From the NCBI GenBank assembly GCA_976551045.1, contig CDPCPM010000269.1, positions 3,968,001 through 4,032,000 on the forward strand: a DNA stretch of 64,000 nucleotides. The letters run 5' to 3'. The DNA comes from Glaucostegus cemiculus. Its lineage: Eukaryota. This document shows, piece by piece, positions 1-12,505 of the stretch (the first letter of the stretch is position 1; each line of letters opens with the position of its first letter). The notes beneath the pieces were generated by a model. That model ran no database searches. It had not been told where the DNA came from and saw nothing but the letters and a program-made list of their open reading frames with translations. The position numbers and the translations under genes are program-made.

Positions 1-651
1 ACTTAGTCATCAACAATACACAACTTTGTTTGCCATTTTTTTTGGTTCTTGTGAAGATGCTGATGGTAGAATTTAGCCAGATTCAGACCTTGTTCTGATC
101 GTAATTTATTTAGATCTGCCTACTAGCAACATGACATGCTGCACTGAGTGATGTGGAACTTGTTTGGTGGCAAAATCATATTGTGCTTGATTGATTGTTC
201 AATTACTCCTCCCTCAATGGTCTTCACACTGTTGCCTACTTGTCTCACAAGACCAGGTTCCTTGTATTAACAGATGTCTGCTTATTTGAGATCCTCTGTT
301 ATATTTAGGTCTTGGTGTCTGTCAGGTCTTGTTTCTTGGGGCTTTACCTGGTGGGATCAATCTCAGAAACAAACTTCAGTCATTCCAAGCAACTGTACTG
401 AGAATTCAGTCCACACTCTTCAAACAAGTGGTGTCGAGATATTTGTATGGTTGGATATGAGGGATTTGAGTGTATAATCCAGGTTAGCGAAGAGAGAACT
501 GTACTATTAAAGATGGCTTAAATAAATCTGGGCAAAACTGCTGTTTTTGATTCTTAAGTGAATTTTGATTTAAAAGTTAAGAATTCATGATGACATTGCA
601 ACCTCAAGGTTTAATAATTAAAATATGTATTGTATTTGTTTATGCTTACTG

Positions 652-1278
652 ACTGGAACACAGGAGGACATTTCGTCCACTGAGTGCATGCCAGCTCCCA
701 ACAGAGCAATCCCATCAGCACAAATGCCCTTTTGAGTTACTCCCTTGTTGGGTTGCAACTTATTCTCTCTTACATACTTTCCCGTTATCCATGACCCTTC
801 AAAAAGGAGCAATTTACAGTAGCTGTATAACCTGGCAGCACTATCGGCATGGTAGTGTAGCAGTTAGTGTAATGCTATCACAGCACCAGCGATCTGGGTT
901 CAATTCCAGCTACTGTCTGCGAGGAGTTTGTACGTTCTCCCCGTGTCTGCTTGGGTTTCCTCCGGGTGCTCCGGTTTGCTCCCACATTCCAAAGATGTAC
1001 AGGTTAGGAGCTGTGGGCATGCTAAGCATGGCAACATGTGCGGGCTGTCCCCAGAACATTCTGCACAAAAGATGCATTTCACTGTTTGTTTCGATGTACG
1101 TGTGAGTAATAAAGATGTCTCATCTTTTCTTATCTTATCTCTTGAATGTGGGAGGAGTCCCATGTGATCAAAGGGAGAATGTGCAAACTCCAAACAAGTA
1201 ACATCTGAGGTCAGGTTCGAACCCAGAACCCTGGTGCTATGAAGCAGTAGCACTAACCACTCTACCACCATGTTGCCC
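652..1278 (-). mobile_element. Older V-domain tRNA-derived SINE (HE1-like, CR1-type tail), split by a younger SINE at 846-1140
   Basis: Minus strand at 1141-1278 shows a tRNA-like head (A box ggtagagtgg, B box gggttcgaacc) and V core (ggagtttgcacattctcc). The remainder continues at 652-845. Confidence 0.75.
846..1140 (+). mobile_element. Full-length V-domain tRNA SINE with Rex1-like 3' tail
   Basis: tRNA head (gggttcaattcc), V core (ggagtttgtacgttctccccgtgtctgc..gggtttcctccgggtgctccggttt), tail atgcatttcactgt..gatgtacgtgtgagtaataaag plus (atctt)n. Close copies at 37007, 42848, 48109 and 52463. Confidence 0.9.
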
Positions 1279-4200
1279 TAATTCAGTTTACGTGAATGAC
1301 TTTCAAAGAAAGCAAGTCAGGGAAGATTTTTCCTTGGCACACAGCTTTTAACAAACACAAAATTGCCAAGTTTCAATAACGTCCACCTTTGTCTATTGAA
1401 CACCTTTGTCTGGAAATGGCACTTGCACGTTGAGGTTTATTTCATCATCTCTTCCAGATGGGGGAGATCTAACATGCTTCAGGGCTGCCTTGTTGAAACC
1501 TTCTGAAAATGGCCAATTCAACTTTTTATAAGTACGAACTCTTTATAATGACAAATGTCACTATAAAGTGTTGATGTCAAAGGCTGGAAGAAGGCAAAGT
1601 ATGTTTCTATCAAATGAGCATTTGTGGCAAGTTATGTGGTGAGAATAGAGAGAAGACATTCAAAATGTATGAGGGAGGGACAGGTTATTGCAAGATATAT
1701 AGTTGGTTGTGTCCCTCTGCCTAAGTGGTAAAAGAAAATGCTCTTTGCAACAACAATGCACTTTGAATGCTGCACAATGTCAAACGTTAAAATTAATTTT
1801 GCTTGGGCTGTTGTGGGGAAGGACTCAGTTAATGACCTTTCCCAGTTTTGGTAGTTCACTCATTTACATGATTACTCATCAATAAATATTGAAGAAGAGA
1901 TTGCATCAGTGGCTGAGGATATCATTGTTTTACACCATGGTTTCTATTAGTTGTGAAATCATTAATGGTTACGTCCTGTTCTACTGCCTTTATGTGCCTG
2001 TAAATGTGAATTATGACATTTTATGTGAAGGAATCAGGCGAGTTTATGCTGCATGTCTTGTTTCTGTATATGTCATAACTCTATTCTCAGGTTGCAAAGC
2101 AAAGCAAAACAAAATTGTCCTGGAGGCCAGTAGAATTTATTAAACCAAGGCCAAAGTCCATTGGGTACTTTAAGGACTGCATCGCATGTTACTTTGTGGG
2201 CAATTTGTTTGCGGTGCAATGCAAAGCATAACTCATCAAGATATGAACAGCCTTAGGCTTGGTTTCACTTTGCTAATTCAGTACTTCATGCACTATTTGT
2301 AGAGAGAAAGAACTGACATCAAGGAAAAAAATCTGGTCTGGAAAGACAGGAGAGTTTACTAAATTACAGAATCTTGCTGGCAGTCTAGCTTGTGGAAACA
2401 GAGTTGACCATCGACCACATTTTAATCTCAACTATTTTTTTTTAAGGAGGATTTTATAATTACTCCATCCATTACTACTTTGTCTTTCTGTTGATTGCTG
2501 TCTTGTGCCTTCCTCCCATTCTGTTGCTGGTGTGAATACTAAGTACAGACCTTGGCTTGAATTTCAAGGAACTACTTGTGTTGGAAAGCCAAAGGGTTTG
2601 GCTTGTCCATTGCTGTACCAGTTAACTCCAAGATGTTACTTTCAAATATATTTTGGCTCTCAAACCTTTTCTGTTGCTTGAGGATAAAATAATTGACCGG
2701 TGTCACTTATTTTTGAGATTTTTACTGTAGATGTTTCCCTAGAATCAGTGTTTAGGGGACTTGTTTGCGGACTTCATAAACTCAAAACAGTGTACCTTTT
2801 CCTATCTAATCTTTAGGCTGGTATCGCTGAGATTTTTACATCATAATGGAGATGTCTTCTGTGTGCTGGCTAGTAGATTGTATTGTGTAATCATCCTCAA
2901 CTTGAAAGACAGAAGGAATGCAATCTTATCATACCTAATCCCTGAATGGCTGGACTTGAAAGTAGCAGGTGTGAAAATGGTACGGTGCCTGCAAAATAAT
3001 AAATGTGTTGTTCACAGTAAAGATAACCCAACATACAGATTCACGGATTGCATTATGCAACATTTCACAGTGCTTGATTGACGTGAAGCTTTACAAGCTG
3101 AACACTTCTTACACAGATGATGGGCAATTAAAACAAACCCACTCTGTAGAGGCTGCTTGGATAAGTTTACTCACAGAAATATGACTGAAAGCCAGCATGA
3201 CATTGTAGTCAAACAGCAGGCACCGAGCAAAAGCATCTTTCAAATTTACAGTATACAGCTAGAGGTAACACATTACCTCTGTTTCTTGCAACCCCAGCCA
3301 TCAAAACGAATGAGAGCAGTAATGTTTTTGAGAACATTGTTTCTTTCAAATCCATTTCTCAAGTTATATAAATGGAGATAAGTTACTCATTCTTGATTGC
3401 TGGGACATACTGTATCTATTCAATAATATTGTTTCAAGGATGAATTCATGGGAGTCCTATCACCATTTCAGGGTAGTCGGAAATGGATAATAAATATACC
3501 TTTGCCAGGGTTGTTTACCCAACAAGAACAAATAAAAACAGCAAGATCACAATGTCAATGTTTACATCTTATGCATGTATTAGTCAGTCAATCTTTCACA
3601 ACAGCAGTGCATTTTATTTTCTTTCCCCATTAAATGAGGGCTAAAACAAAGCCCTTCTCCCAGTCAAGAATGGATATAGAAGTTGGATCCTCATGACTGC
3701 AATAGTAAATCAATGGTTCCAAGTTCCAACCCAGGCACAAAAATGAGCTGGTTTTAGAAGCTTCCTCACCAACATCCCCATCCCTTACTCCACCTCACCA
3801 AGTGACTGCCAAAGTGATTTGTACATTGAACAGGATATCTGTCATGAATCAGAAGAAAATGGGAAGCATTTAGAAAGTAATTTCAATTTTAAAAAACATG
3901 GAGAAATATTTTTGAACTGTAAACCCAGTAATTCTTCAACACGATTGTCCAAGCTGAAAATGGTAGATATGAGAAAAAAAAAATGAACATTTTCAATCAG
4001 ACCTTCTGGGTAATCTGATGCAGTAAGTTTTGACAGAATATTTCTGAGGATGTATGGCCTATAAATTGCTCCAATCCCTTTTCTAGCATTAAAGTAGTCC
4101 TGTTTGTCACCCCAAGTGCAGGGCGTTGAAAGATGTGTAAATAGGGAGAACTTCAGTTGCAGGACTCCCAGAACAATGTTGTTGGGTTTTCTTATGTATG

Positions 4201-5112
4201 CATGACAGTTTTAAAATGCAAAGCTTTTGCTATCCTAGCTGGAACCACTATAATCCTGATAAACTGCGATGGATGGAAAGCAGGAACTAAATCTCGATGT
4301 TACATTTAGCTGAGCAGCACGACTGATAGTGGATTCGGTCAGGCAGATGCATAACACAGAACTGTCAAATGTAAACCCTTGCCAGTAATTCTCCACTGCT
4401 TCTAATCAGGTGTAGTCAATCGTGAAAGGGGACGAATTAGCAAACAAGTCACCTAAACTAATATCATGTAGAAAGCTACTGTAGCTCTGATTGTCTCAGT
4501 CTCTCTCTAAGATGCTGGAGACTGAAAGTTACTTTTATCTGGGAAAAGATACATTGTGCCAAGCAATATTTCCTATAGTGACTTTACCTACAGAGGCAGA
4601 CTGGTTTATTGACAGTTCCAATAATTAAACAACACATCAAAAACATGAATAACACTTTGTCATATGTTCCAATTATTAACATTCTGCTAATTAAAACCAA
4701 TTGATATACTGTATGTGCAACAATGCTTTAACTTAAGGGATTGCTTTGGAGTTAGAACTCATAATATGCACTACGTTTGGCTGTTATAACAATACTTTTT
4801 ATCCATGTAGCATTTTTGACTTCCATAGAGGGATCATGTACAATGTCAACATTGGTAATTCATGGCTAAACTCAGTCATGTCTAGACATCACGGAAAGGA
4901 TCATTGGAGTTACTTTGAGCTAGAGTTTTGGGTAGAACTTGCCCGAGTGTGACATCAAGAGCCCTGGTAACAGTGAAGTCAATGGGCAACAAGGGGAAAA
5001 CATGTCCTGACTAAATAACGTCAGCAGTATGCAACTCGCAAAATTCATTTGCAGTAAGATGAAAATGAAAGTCCTTAGTTAATTACAGAACAACCAGCTT
5101 CTACTCAGAAAA

Positions 5113-5320
5113 TGAAAATCTGAAATAAAGACGAAAAGTGCTAGAGACACTCGATAGGTTGGGTGGCATCTGTGGAAAGAAGAACAGGATTAATGTTTCA
5201 GATTGAAGACCCTTCACCAGAACAGTTCTGATGAAGGGCGTCCAGTCTGAAACACCAACTCTGGTTCTCTTTCCATTCTGCTTGGCCTGCTGAATGTTTA
5301 CTGCATTTTCTGTTTTTAAC
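5113..5320. mobile_element. Palindromic Penelope-derived mini-element with hammerhead-like cores
   Basis: Inverted arms centred near 5224 (tttcagattgaagacccttcaccagaac / gttctgatgaagggcgtccagtctgaaa), containing CTGATGA..GAAAC. Confidence 0.7.
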
Positions 5321-5572
5321 CAGCTTTTACTAATCTTGTATCCCCTGAAACTGTTTTTCATTTGGAGAGTTTACATTCAAACTGCATTTTTTCCCCTCAG
5401 TGACCTCCAGCAATCTCAAATATAACCTCAAATTTAACCTCCCACACATGACCTGATTGCTTTGCCTGTGGAGGTCAGGGACATGATCGCTCTCAGCCTC
5501 ATACCCTTGAACTCATTTGAAGCTTCTGCTGCTTATCTCTGCAACACTTCACTGGAGAAGAGTCCTTGACCC

Positions 5573-5705
5573 ACAACTAGACAGATACATGGGTCGGAAA
5601 GGTTTAGAGGGATATGGGCCAAATGGGATTAGCTTAGATGGGAATCTTGGTCAACGTGGACCATTTGGGCTGAAGGGCCTGTTTCCATGCTGCTTAACTC
5701 TATGA
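5573..5705 (+). mobile_element. CR1 LINE 3' end fragment
   Basis: Encodes LDRYMGRKGLEGYGPN, followed by the gggctgaagggcctgtttcc 3' UTR. Confidence 0.85.
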
Positions 5706-6761
5706 ACTGGTCAAAATGGAGAAAGAACATTCAGGATGTTATTGTCCATATAGCAAGAGCATATAGAAGCTTCAACGACTGCCCAATCAGATTTACTGAA
5801 GTCCAGTTAAATGGTCCAGTTTGTTATCTTTTGCCTTTATTTTAATTAACATTTATGTTTTAAATTAATTTATCCCTGGAATAATTTATAAAATGTACAA
5901 ATTATTTAGAAGTTCTAAACCATTTTTCAAAATAATTTGTATGATTAAATTAAATCTATTTCAATTGTTTCCTTATGTCTTTAATTATCAGACATTTTGA
6001 AAAGCCTGTCTTTGTCAGCATGAGCTCTCTAATGATCATTAGTGTGATGTGGGGGCAGATGTTAGAATCTACCACCTGAGATCTTGTCTCCACTCTTGGA
6101 TGGGGCTGCCACTCCAGCTGACTGTGGCAACAAGGACTGGAGTGTAATTCGAACTCTTGTGCCATAAAAGGTTAATGAAGCCACAGGGGAACATGCAGGG
6201 TGTGAACACAAAATGCAGGACGGGTTGAATGTGACCCAGCTCAAAGCCTCTTAGCTACCTCACAATCACAATTTAACAAGAGAAATCTTGCAACCGATCT
6301 CCTCTGTGAAAGACTTTTAGGGTACTTTGTGAATTAAATAAATCTGAAACTTGATACTATATTTATTTTGTTTTGAACATTGTCATTCCCCAAATTGATA
6401 GTTATTTCCCAGATTATACTGCATACTTCTTTTAATTTCTGGTGTCAAATCATAATGGTCATTTCTACACATCCTCCCATTTTGCATATAGCATAATATG
6501 TTGCTACAGTAATCGATTCTATTCAAGAAGCCTGCAAGGAATTCACTTCAACAGGAGAAAAGCCGGCGGTGCCAGTCTTTATGTTGACAGCATTATTATC
6601 TCGTACAAGGGAAAAAGAGTGTAAAGATCTTAACATTTTTTGTGTAGTTTACCTTTGTATAAATGCTGACCCGAATACACAAATGGATTCATTGCCTATT
6701 TTGTGCCATAATAATTCCATGATGCTTTTTCATAATTGTGTTTTATTTCATATTCCTTATG

Positions 6762-7087
6762 ATGTCAGAGAAGGGCATTCAGCCCATCAAGTATATACCA
6801 ATGCCCAGGACATTGTCATTCTCCTACTGATTTCCCTGTACACTATTCTCTTTCACATGCCCATCACCTCCCTACCCACCTATATTAGGAATAATTTACA
6901 TCGACAATTAACCTATCAACCAGTAGGTTTATAGTTCTTGGGAGGAAACCACAGTACTTGAGGGAAACCCATTCATTCATAGAGAGAACATGAAAACTCC
7001 ACACAGACAGCATGCAGGGTCAAGATCAAACCCGAGGCACTGGAGCTGTGAACCAGCAAATTTTTGTGTTCACTCCCCACATGATGC
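6762..7087 (-). mobile_element. V-domain tRNA SINE with CR1-type tail, diverged
   Basis: Plus-strand gggaggaaacc..gagagaacatgaaaactccacacagacagc is the reverse V core; the tail is near 6770. Confidence 0.75.
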
Positions 7088-7479
7088 CCATGGCTCCATG
7101 GGTAGTTGACTATCTATACTCCTGAACTTCTGTTGAACAAGATATTCTTCCACCCGGGGTCACAATCATATAATTTCTCTCAATACTCTGCTTCAACCAA
7201 TCGTAACGAAACATTACACTCTGTGGCTCACAGCAATCTGTGACATTGGGCGTTTCCTCATTTTGTGAAACATGTAGTAATCTTACCCAAAATCCTTTGC
7301 AGCACAGCTTCATGAGGAAAATTTAATCCCTTGCCATGTTTGAAGATTTTCATTCTGTTGTTCATAAATCCATGCTGACGTTCCAAAATTAGGGGAGTTA
7401 CACTGTGGGAAGTGCCATTCTATAAGATGAGATAGTAAATCAGGCCCACCATCTGTCCTTTTCTGTTCAATCCCATGGG

Positions 7480-7903
7480 TGGTAAAACTCCATTAATCTG
7501 CTATCCTGTTGTTTAGAAATCCTGATGGTTCAGCATCTGGCTCACCTAATTCTGTTCTCTTCAAATTCACTAGAGCCACAGTTCATGTATTCCTTTTAAA
7601 CTCATCATGGCCCTATTCCCATACTCACTTTAAACTCACTTTGGCCACATTGCCAAACTCCCTTTAAATTCACTGAGGGCCCATTGCCACACCCCTTTTC
7701 AATTCTTTGGAGCTCCCTTTCCTGTGCTCTCTTTAAACTCGCCTGTTTATTTTTTGGAAAATGCTAATTTACCATAACACATATGACAGAAAAGTAAAAT
7801 AAAAGTGTGTTGGTCTATTATTAGGAATAGCCAAAAGTCTGGAAAATCTGCTTGTCCAGCATGACCAAAGTCCTGAGGGTGCCAGATTATCAGAGCTTTA
7901 CTG
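7480..7903. mobile_element. Tigger/pogo-like non-autonomous DNA transposon (MITE) with internal ~33-bp minisatellite, copy 1
   Basis: Terminal inverted repeats ggtaaaactccattaatctg / cagattatcagagctttactg. Termini and internal repeat match the copy at 43388-44210. Confidence 0.7.
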
Positions 7904-8074
7904 TCACTATTTGAAAGAAGGATTCTCCTCTTGTTCTGCTCAATGTTTGTTGCTTTATTGTTCATAGTACGTCGATGTCATTGGTAACACCTGGATTGTT
8001 TGCTCATTCTGAATAGCACAAAATGGAGGAGATGGTTAAGAGTCAAAGAGTTTTGTAGAATTGGAGTCAAATAT

Positions 8075-8308
8075 AGGCCTTTCTATGTAAGATTTTTTTC
8101 CCCAGTACGACATTATTGAATCAAATTGGCTAAATGACAGTCTGATAGTTTCATGCTTACTGTTATTGAAACAAGATTTTTCCAAAATTAATTTTTATTT
8201 TGTTACCTGAATTGAAATCCCCCAGTTGCCATGGTGAGACTTGAACTCCTTTTCAATGTTTTGGAACTCTGGCTGTTAATGCAATGGTTTAACCATTGTG
8301 TTACCATA
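8075..8308 (-). mobile_element. Old elasmobranch tRNA-derived SINE fragment
   Basis: Plus strand ctgaattgaaatccccagttgccatggtgagacttgaactc..aaccattgtgttacc is a reverse tRNA-like head. Confidence 0.55.
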
Positions 8309-10179
8309 TTCATGGATGCAGCTTTAAAGGTAAATCATCTGGTCATTCTAGTATTGCTTTCTGTGATCTTACTCTGTACAAGTTCCCTGTCACATTACAA
8401 ATTTCCTACATTACAAACTTCCAAAGCACTGTAAAATGTTTTGAGACCTCTTGAGATCACAAAAGCACTGTACAAATGTTAGCCATTCTTTCCTGAAAGA
8501 AGTCTTTCTCTGCAGTTAATAATATTCATAATATTTCATAAAAATGTTCTTTCATATTCTCTGTCACAGGTGAGAAATATTGCTTCATGGGTTTGGTACT
8601 GCTAAAGGAACCACTTTCCTATAATAAATTGTACCATGAATTACCTCAGTTTATCAACTTTTTTAAATCGTACAATCTTGCAGATATCGCTTAATATTGA
8701 TACTTAATTATTTTTAAAAAATCAGTAATTTCTGTGGTTTATTTCCTCTCACAAAAAGCTATTGTAATCATTTGGAATAGTCACCAGTCACTGCTCTCTT
8801 TCACTTACCTGGAAAAATGAGGATATTTTAAGAGTCAAATTATCATTTTCTAGACTTGGCCACTTTCTTGGTAAAGGGACTTACTCTGGGGAGGGGGTGT
8901 GCGTGAAATCAATGCTCAGGGCAACAAGAACCTCTGAGGCCCCTCAGTGGTGTTACATCCTGACAGTTCCTCATTTTTGGGGTATTTGTTTACCCCTGAT
9001 TCATTGGGTCAAAGCATGGTGTTGCTGAGTTGAACCTCTGTCAGTTGGTCACAAGTGTCTCACATCCATTAGAATGCATGGGGCTTACCCCAACTTACAC
9101 TGTGGCTTACAAAAATGCACAACACCTGTGTGCTGCACTGTAACTTCTTGATGGTGTGAATTCTCATTCAAAAGTGGTCACCACTACAACCAGACCTACT
9201 GTTCTTACAGTCCTTTCTCACAGATTGAAAATAACCGCAGCCCTAAATGAAGCATTATGGAGCACCAATTTTCATTTAGAGTGTGCAAATCATACCAGCT
9301 GCTTTTTGAATGAGGGATCAGGGAAATGCAGATTCAATTTAGAGTTTGATGAATCACATGCTGGAAATGAAACATAATTTACAACTGGCTTGTCACAATG
9401 AAAGGGATTTGGATGATGAAAAAATAAGTGATAATACACTTCCACCTGCCTATTAGCCTCCTCACAATTTGTTTTCCTAACTCGTTAAGTGAAATATCAT
9501 GAAGGCAGACATGATTAACAACAAACTAGATTGCATGTTTATGTGATGGCAGTTTCCATATTTGTTTTAAATGATAATTTTATTTTTGAGATTGATAGTC
9601 ATATTGATACATAGGTTTAAAAACAGTATGTGATGTATAATCTAAGCATTGAATTAAAACCTAGATCTAATATCCAGTTATGCCTTCCTTTGCCCTGTTA
9701 ATGGCATGTTTCTTTTCCACCTTTCCACATTATTGTAGCTTCCTTAAATGTAATTTCTGATTCAGTATGAGATTCTGAGTGTTGGAATGCAGTGGACCCA
9801 GATGAACAAAGAGCTATGTTAACCCTGCTCTGTCTCACTCCACACTCATCCACAGCAACAGAGTAAATGGAAACTTTCACCCCATGAATTTGAAATTAGG
9901 CCAATGTGATGAAAATTACAAACTACTCAACAATTTATCACCAATTGGCTTGAGTTAGAACAAGCAGTTGAAGTCACTTGAATTGACCAGTAGAATTCAG
10001 CACCACAATTCTGAAGTATAATTTTGTAAATTAAAATGCTGCTTGATTTATAATCACCGGTTGTAGGTCTCTGGTCAATAACCTCCTTGTGGAAAGTCAC
10101 CTTTGTCAGTGGTCCAGTTTAATCTTTACTTCATTTCGGGCCCTTTCCTCCATGACGAAATATAGGTTCTCTATCTCTG

Positions 10180-11280
10180 AGAGGCCAGATTACATGGATG
10201 AGTGAGGTCATGGCAGTTGGAAAATAATATGGAAAAATGTGGAGTTATCTGCTTTGGTAGAAAAAAAAATGGAGAAGTGGATTTTTTTTTAAATGGTGAG
10301 AGAGTGAAAGGTGTTGGTGTTCAGAGGGACCTGGGTGTCCTTGTACACAAATCACTGAAAGTTAATGTGTAGGTTCAGCAATCAAGTAAGCAAATGGTAT
10401 GCTTTACTTTGTTGCAAGATAGTTTGAGTATAAGAGTAAAGACGTCTTACTGAATTTATAGAGAGCCCTAGTGAGACTGGTTCTCGAATATTGTGTACAG
10501 GTCTGGTCTTCTGAGATAAGAGATTAAGGGATGGTCATTTAAAACTGAAGTGCATGTGAACTTCTCCTTGCAGAAGGAGATGGATTCTCTATCCCTGAGG
10601 GTTGTGGAGGTGAGATCACTGAGGATGTTTAAAGAGGAAGGAGATTCATTCCTGAAAGATTGGAGAATTGGTATGGAAGAGTTGAGGCCTGAAGCACGAT
10701 CAGTCATCATCGTACTGAATGGGTGGGGCAGGCTAGAGGGGCCGAGTGGCCTACTCCTTCTCCTGTTTCTTATGCTCTTATATTCCTACCAAAGGAATGA
10801 CAGATTTGTGATTGAGAGCACACAACAAACATTCATCAACTCGTTGGGATGGGGAGATTAAAAGCCAATTAACTCTATATTCTCTGGAGTTTAACAGAAC
10901 AAGAACACATTGAATATCATTAAACACAGAAAACATTGAATCCATTGGTGATCACATTGAATCATACCAAATTCTTCTTGGCAAGGTTGTTGTAGGGATG
11001 ATATTTACCCTTCCTGCAATGTCTCGTACCATGATTCACAATCTCGAAGAAAGAAGTCGGTCATTGGGGAAGATATTTCTTCACCCACGACTGGAGATCT
11101 TTGAAGTGTTCTCCTTAAGAAGGTTGTGAAAGCTCTGGCTCTGAATATATTCAGGATGAACGTTGATAGATTTTGGATAACAAGAGAATGCAGGGCTTTT
11201 CCCAAAATGTGCCACAAAGATATGACTGTAATGCTGCAAGGAACTGAATGGGCAACCTCTGCTTCCATTTCTTCTTATTT
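10180..11280 (+). mobile_element. Two consecutive decayed CR1 3' fragments (~10180-10780 and ~10860-11280)
   Basis: RT C-terminal motifs (cagagggacctgggtgtccttgtacac; LYRALVR-like) and CR1 3' UTR gagtggcctactccttctcctgtttctt. Confidence 0.8.
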
Positions 11281-11489
11281 ATTAAAATATGAATGGAAAT
11301 TTTAATCTACGACCTTCTGTCCAAAAATAGTGAAATATTTTTTATCATGTCAAGGGGATCGGCTGTATCTAGATCAATGTCTGAGTTTGGTTTAGAAGCC
11401 TGGGCCCACATTGAGCAACCATTGGAGTCAGTAAAACTTGCTCTGCTCACAATTGAGCTCTTCAAACATTTTCAGTCATTTTTAAAAAT

Positions 11490-11695
11490 AAAATTACTAT
11501 CTTGACATCCAGTGCCCCCTGGTGGAAAGAATGAACATTGGTTAAGGGTAAGAATTGGCTTGGCTTCAGTGCTTCCCTGTGCCTGCCAAGTACCAAAGTC
11601 TTGGCTCAGGCATAAAGAAGCTGTGCAGATAACCTGAGGAAATGTACACTAGGATGAATCAGCACACACAGGAAAGAAAGGGGGTAAGAGAATGA
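11490..11695 (+). mobile_element. LF-SINE-like relic (3' half), highly diverged
   Basis: atccagtgccccctggtggaaag..gcctgccaa..gtcttggctca..gaatcagca..aggaaagaaagggg follows my recollection of LF-SINE block order. Confidence 0.45.
11511..11525 (-). promoter_or_regulatory. CTCF-binding motif
   Basis: Minus strand CCACCAGGGGGCACT, near the consensus CCASYAGRKGGCRS. Confidence 0.6.
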
Positions 11696-11777
11696 AGTGA
11701 GGAAAACATAATTTAAAAAAAACTACAGCAAAGCAGCAACTAGGAAACATTAATATTTGTCACTCATGTTTCCTAAT

Positions 11778-12080
11778 GAAAGAGGAGGCCATTCAGCCCC
11801 TCAAGTCTATAGTGGTCTCAGCATTCTTATCAGTCCCATTCCCACATTTGTTTCCCAGGAACCTATTTTGTTTCACATGCTCATCAACTCCTCTGTCCCC
11901 AACACCCACCTACACTTGGGACAATTTACCGTACATAACCAGAATGTCTTTGGGATGTGGGAGGAAATCCCCCACGGTCACAGGGAGAACATGCAAACAC
12001 GATGGACACTGTGTCAAGTATCAGAATCAAATCAAGGTCACTGGAGTTGTGAAACAGCTGTGCTACCTCCAACACCACCT
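11778..12080 (-). mobile_element. V-domain tRNA SINE with CR1-type tail
   Basis: tgtctttgggatgtgggaggaaatcccccacggtcacagggagaacatgcaaac is the reverse V core. Confidence 0.8.
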
Positions 12081-12309
12081 GAATGAATGAAGGGAATTGA
12101 ATATACACTGAAACAAGGATAAAATTCTGTGATTCTACAGTGGATGTTCATGCCTAATACATTGGGTATCATCAGTGATTGATACCTCTTGAGATATTGT
12201 TGTTGATGAGCTCAAGTGGAAGTTTATGTGATACAGGTTTTCAAGAAATGGAGCCCAAGTTGTTTGACATTATCCTAGTGCAAGGCAAGACAACTTGGAA
12301 TGATTGGAA

Positions 12310-12505
12310 GTACCACCATAACCCCAGTTTGGCCTATCCTGCCGATTACCAGCAAGAGCTCTGAAATCTGCCTCACCTCCCCTCCGCTTTCCCCACTTCC
12401 CTGCAAACTGTACACTTGTTTAAGTGCATGTCCATCTCCCTTTTCAGAATTGCCATTCAACCAGCCTTCACTACTCCTCCAAGCCACACCCATCACATTA
12501 CAACT
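12310..12505 (-). mobile_element. Old CR1 3' end fragment
   Basis: Minus strand gggagatggacatgcacttaa..tttgcagggaagtgggga matches CR1 tail architecture. Confidence 0.55.

Larger units (their letters stand above)
7335..8492 (+). mobile_element. Fragmented DeuSINE-like element (pieces ~7335-7479, 7904-7955, 8325-8492)
   Basis: tcccatgg|cactatttgaaagaag rejoins across the MITE. Deu-domain-like atctggtcatt..attgct..gtgatctt..tttcctacattacaa and an L2-like tail follow. Confidence 0.55.

Noticed and set aside
7560-7742. CRISPR-like array of ~33-bp units
   Set aside because: These are degenerate head-to-tail repeats without unique spacers, inside a eukaryotic MITE, with no cas genes.
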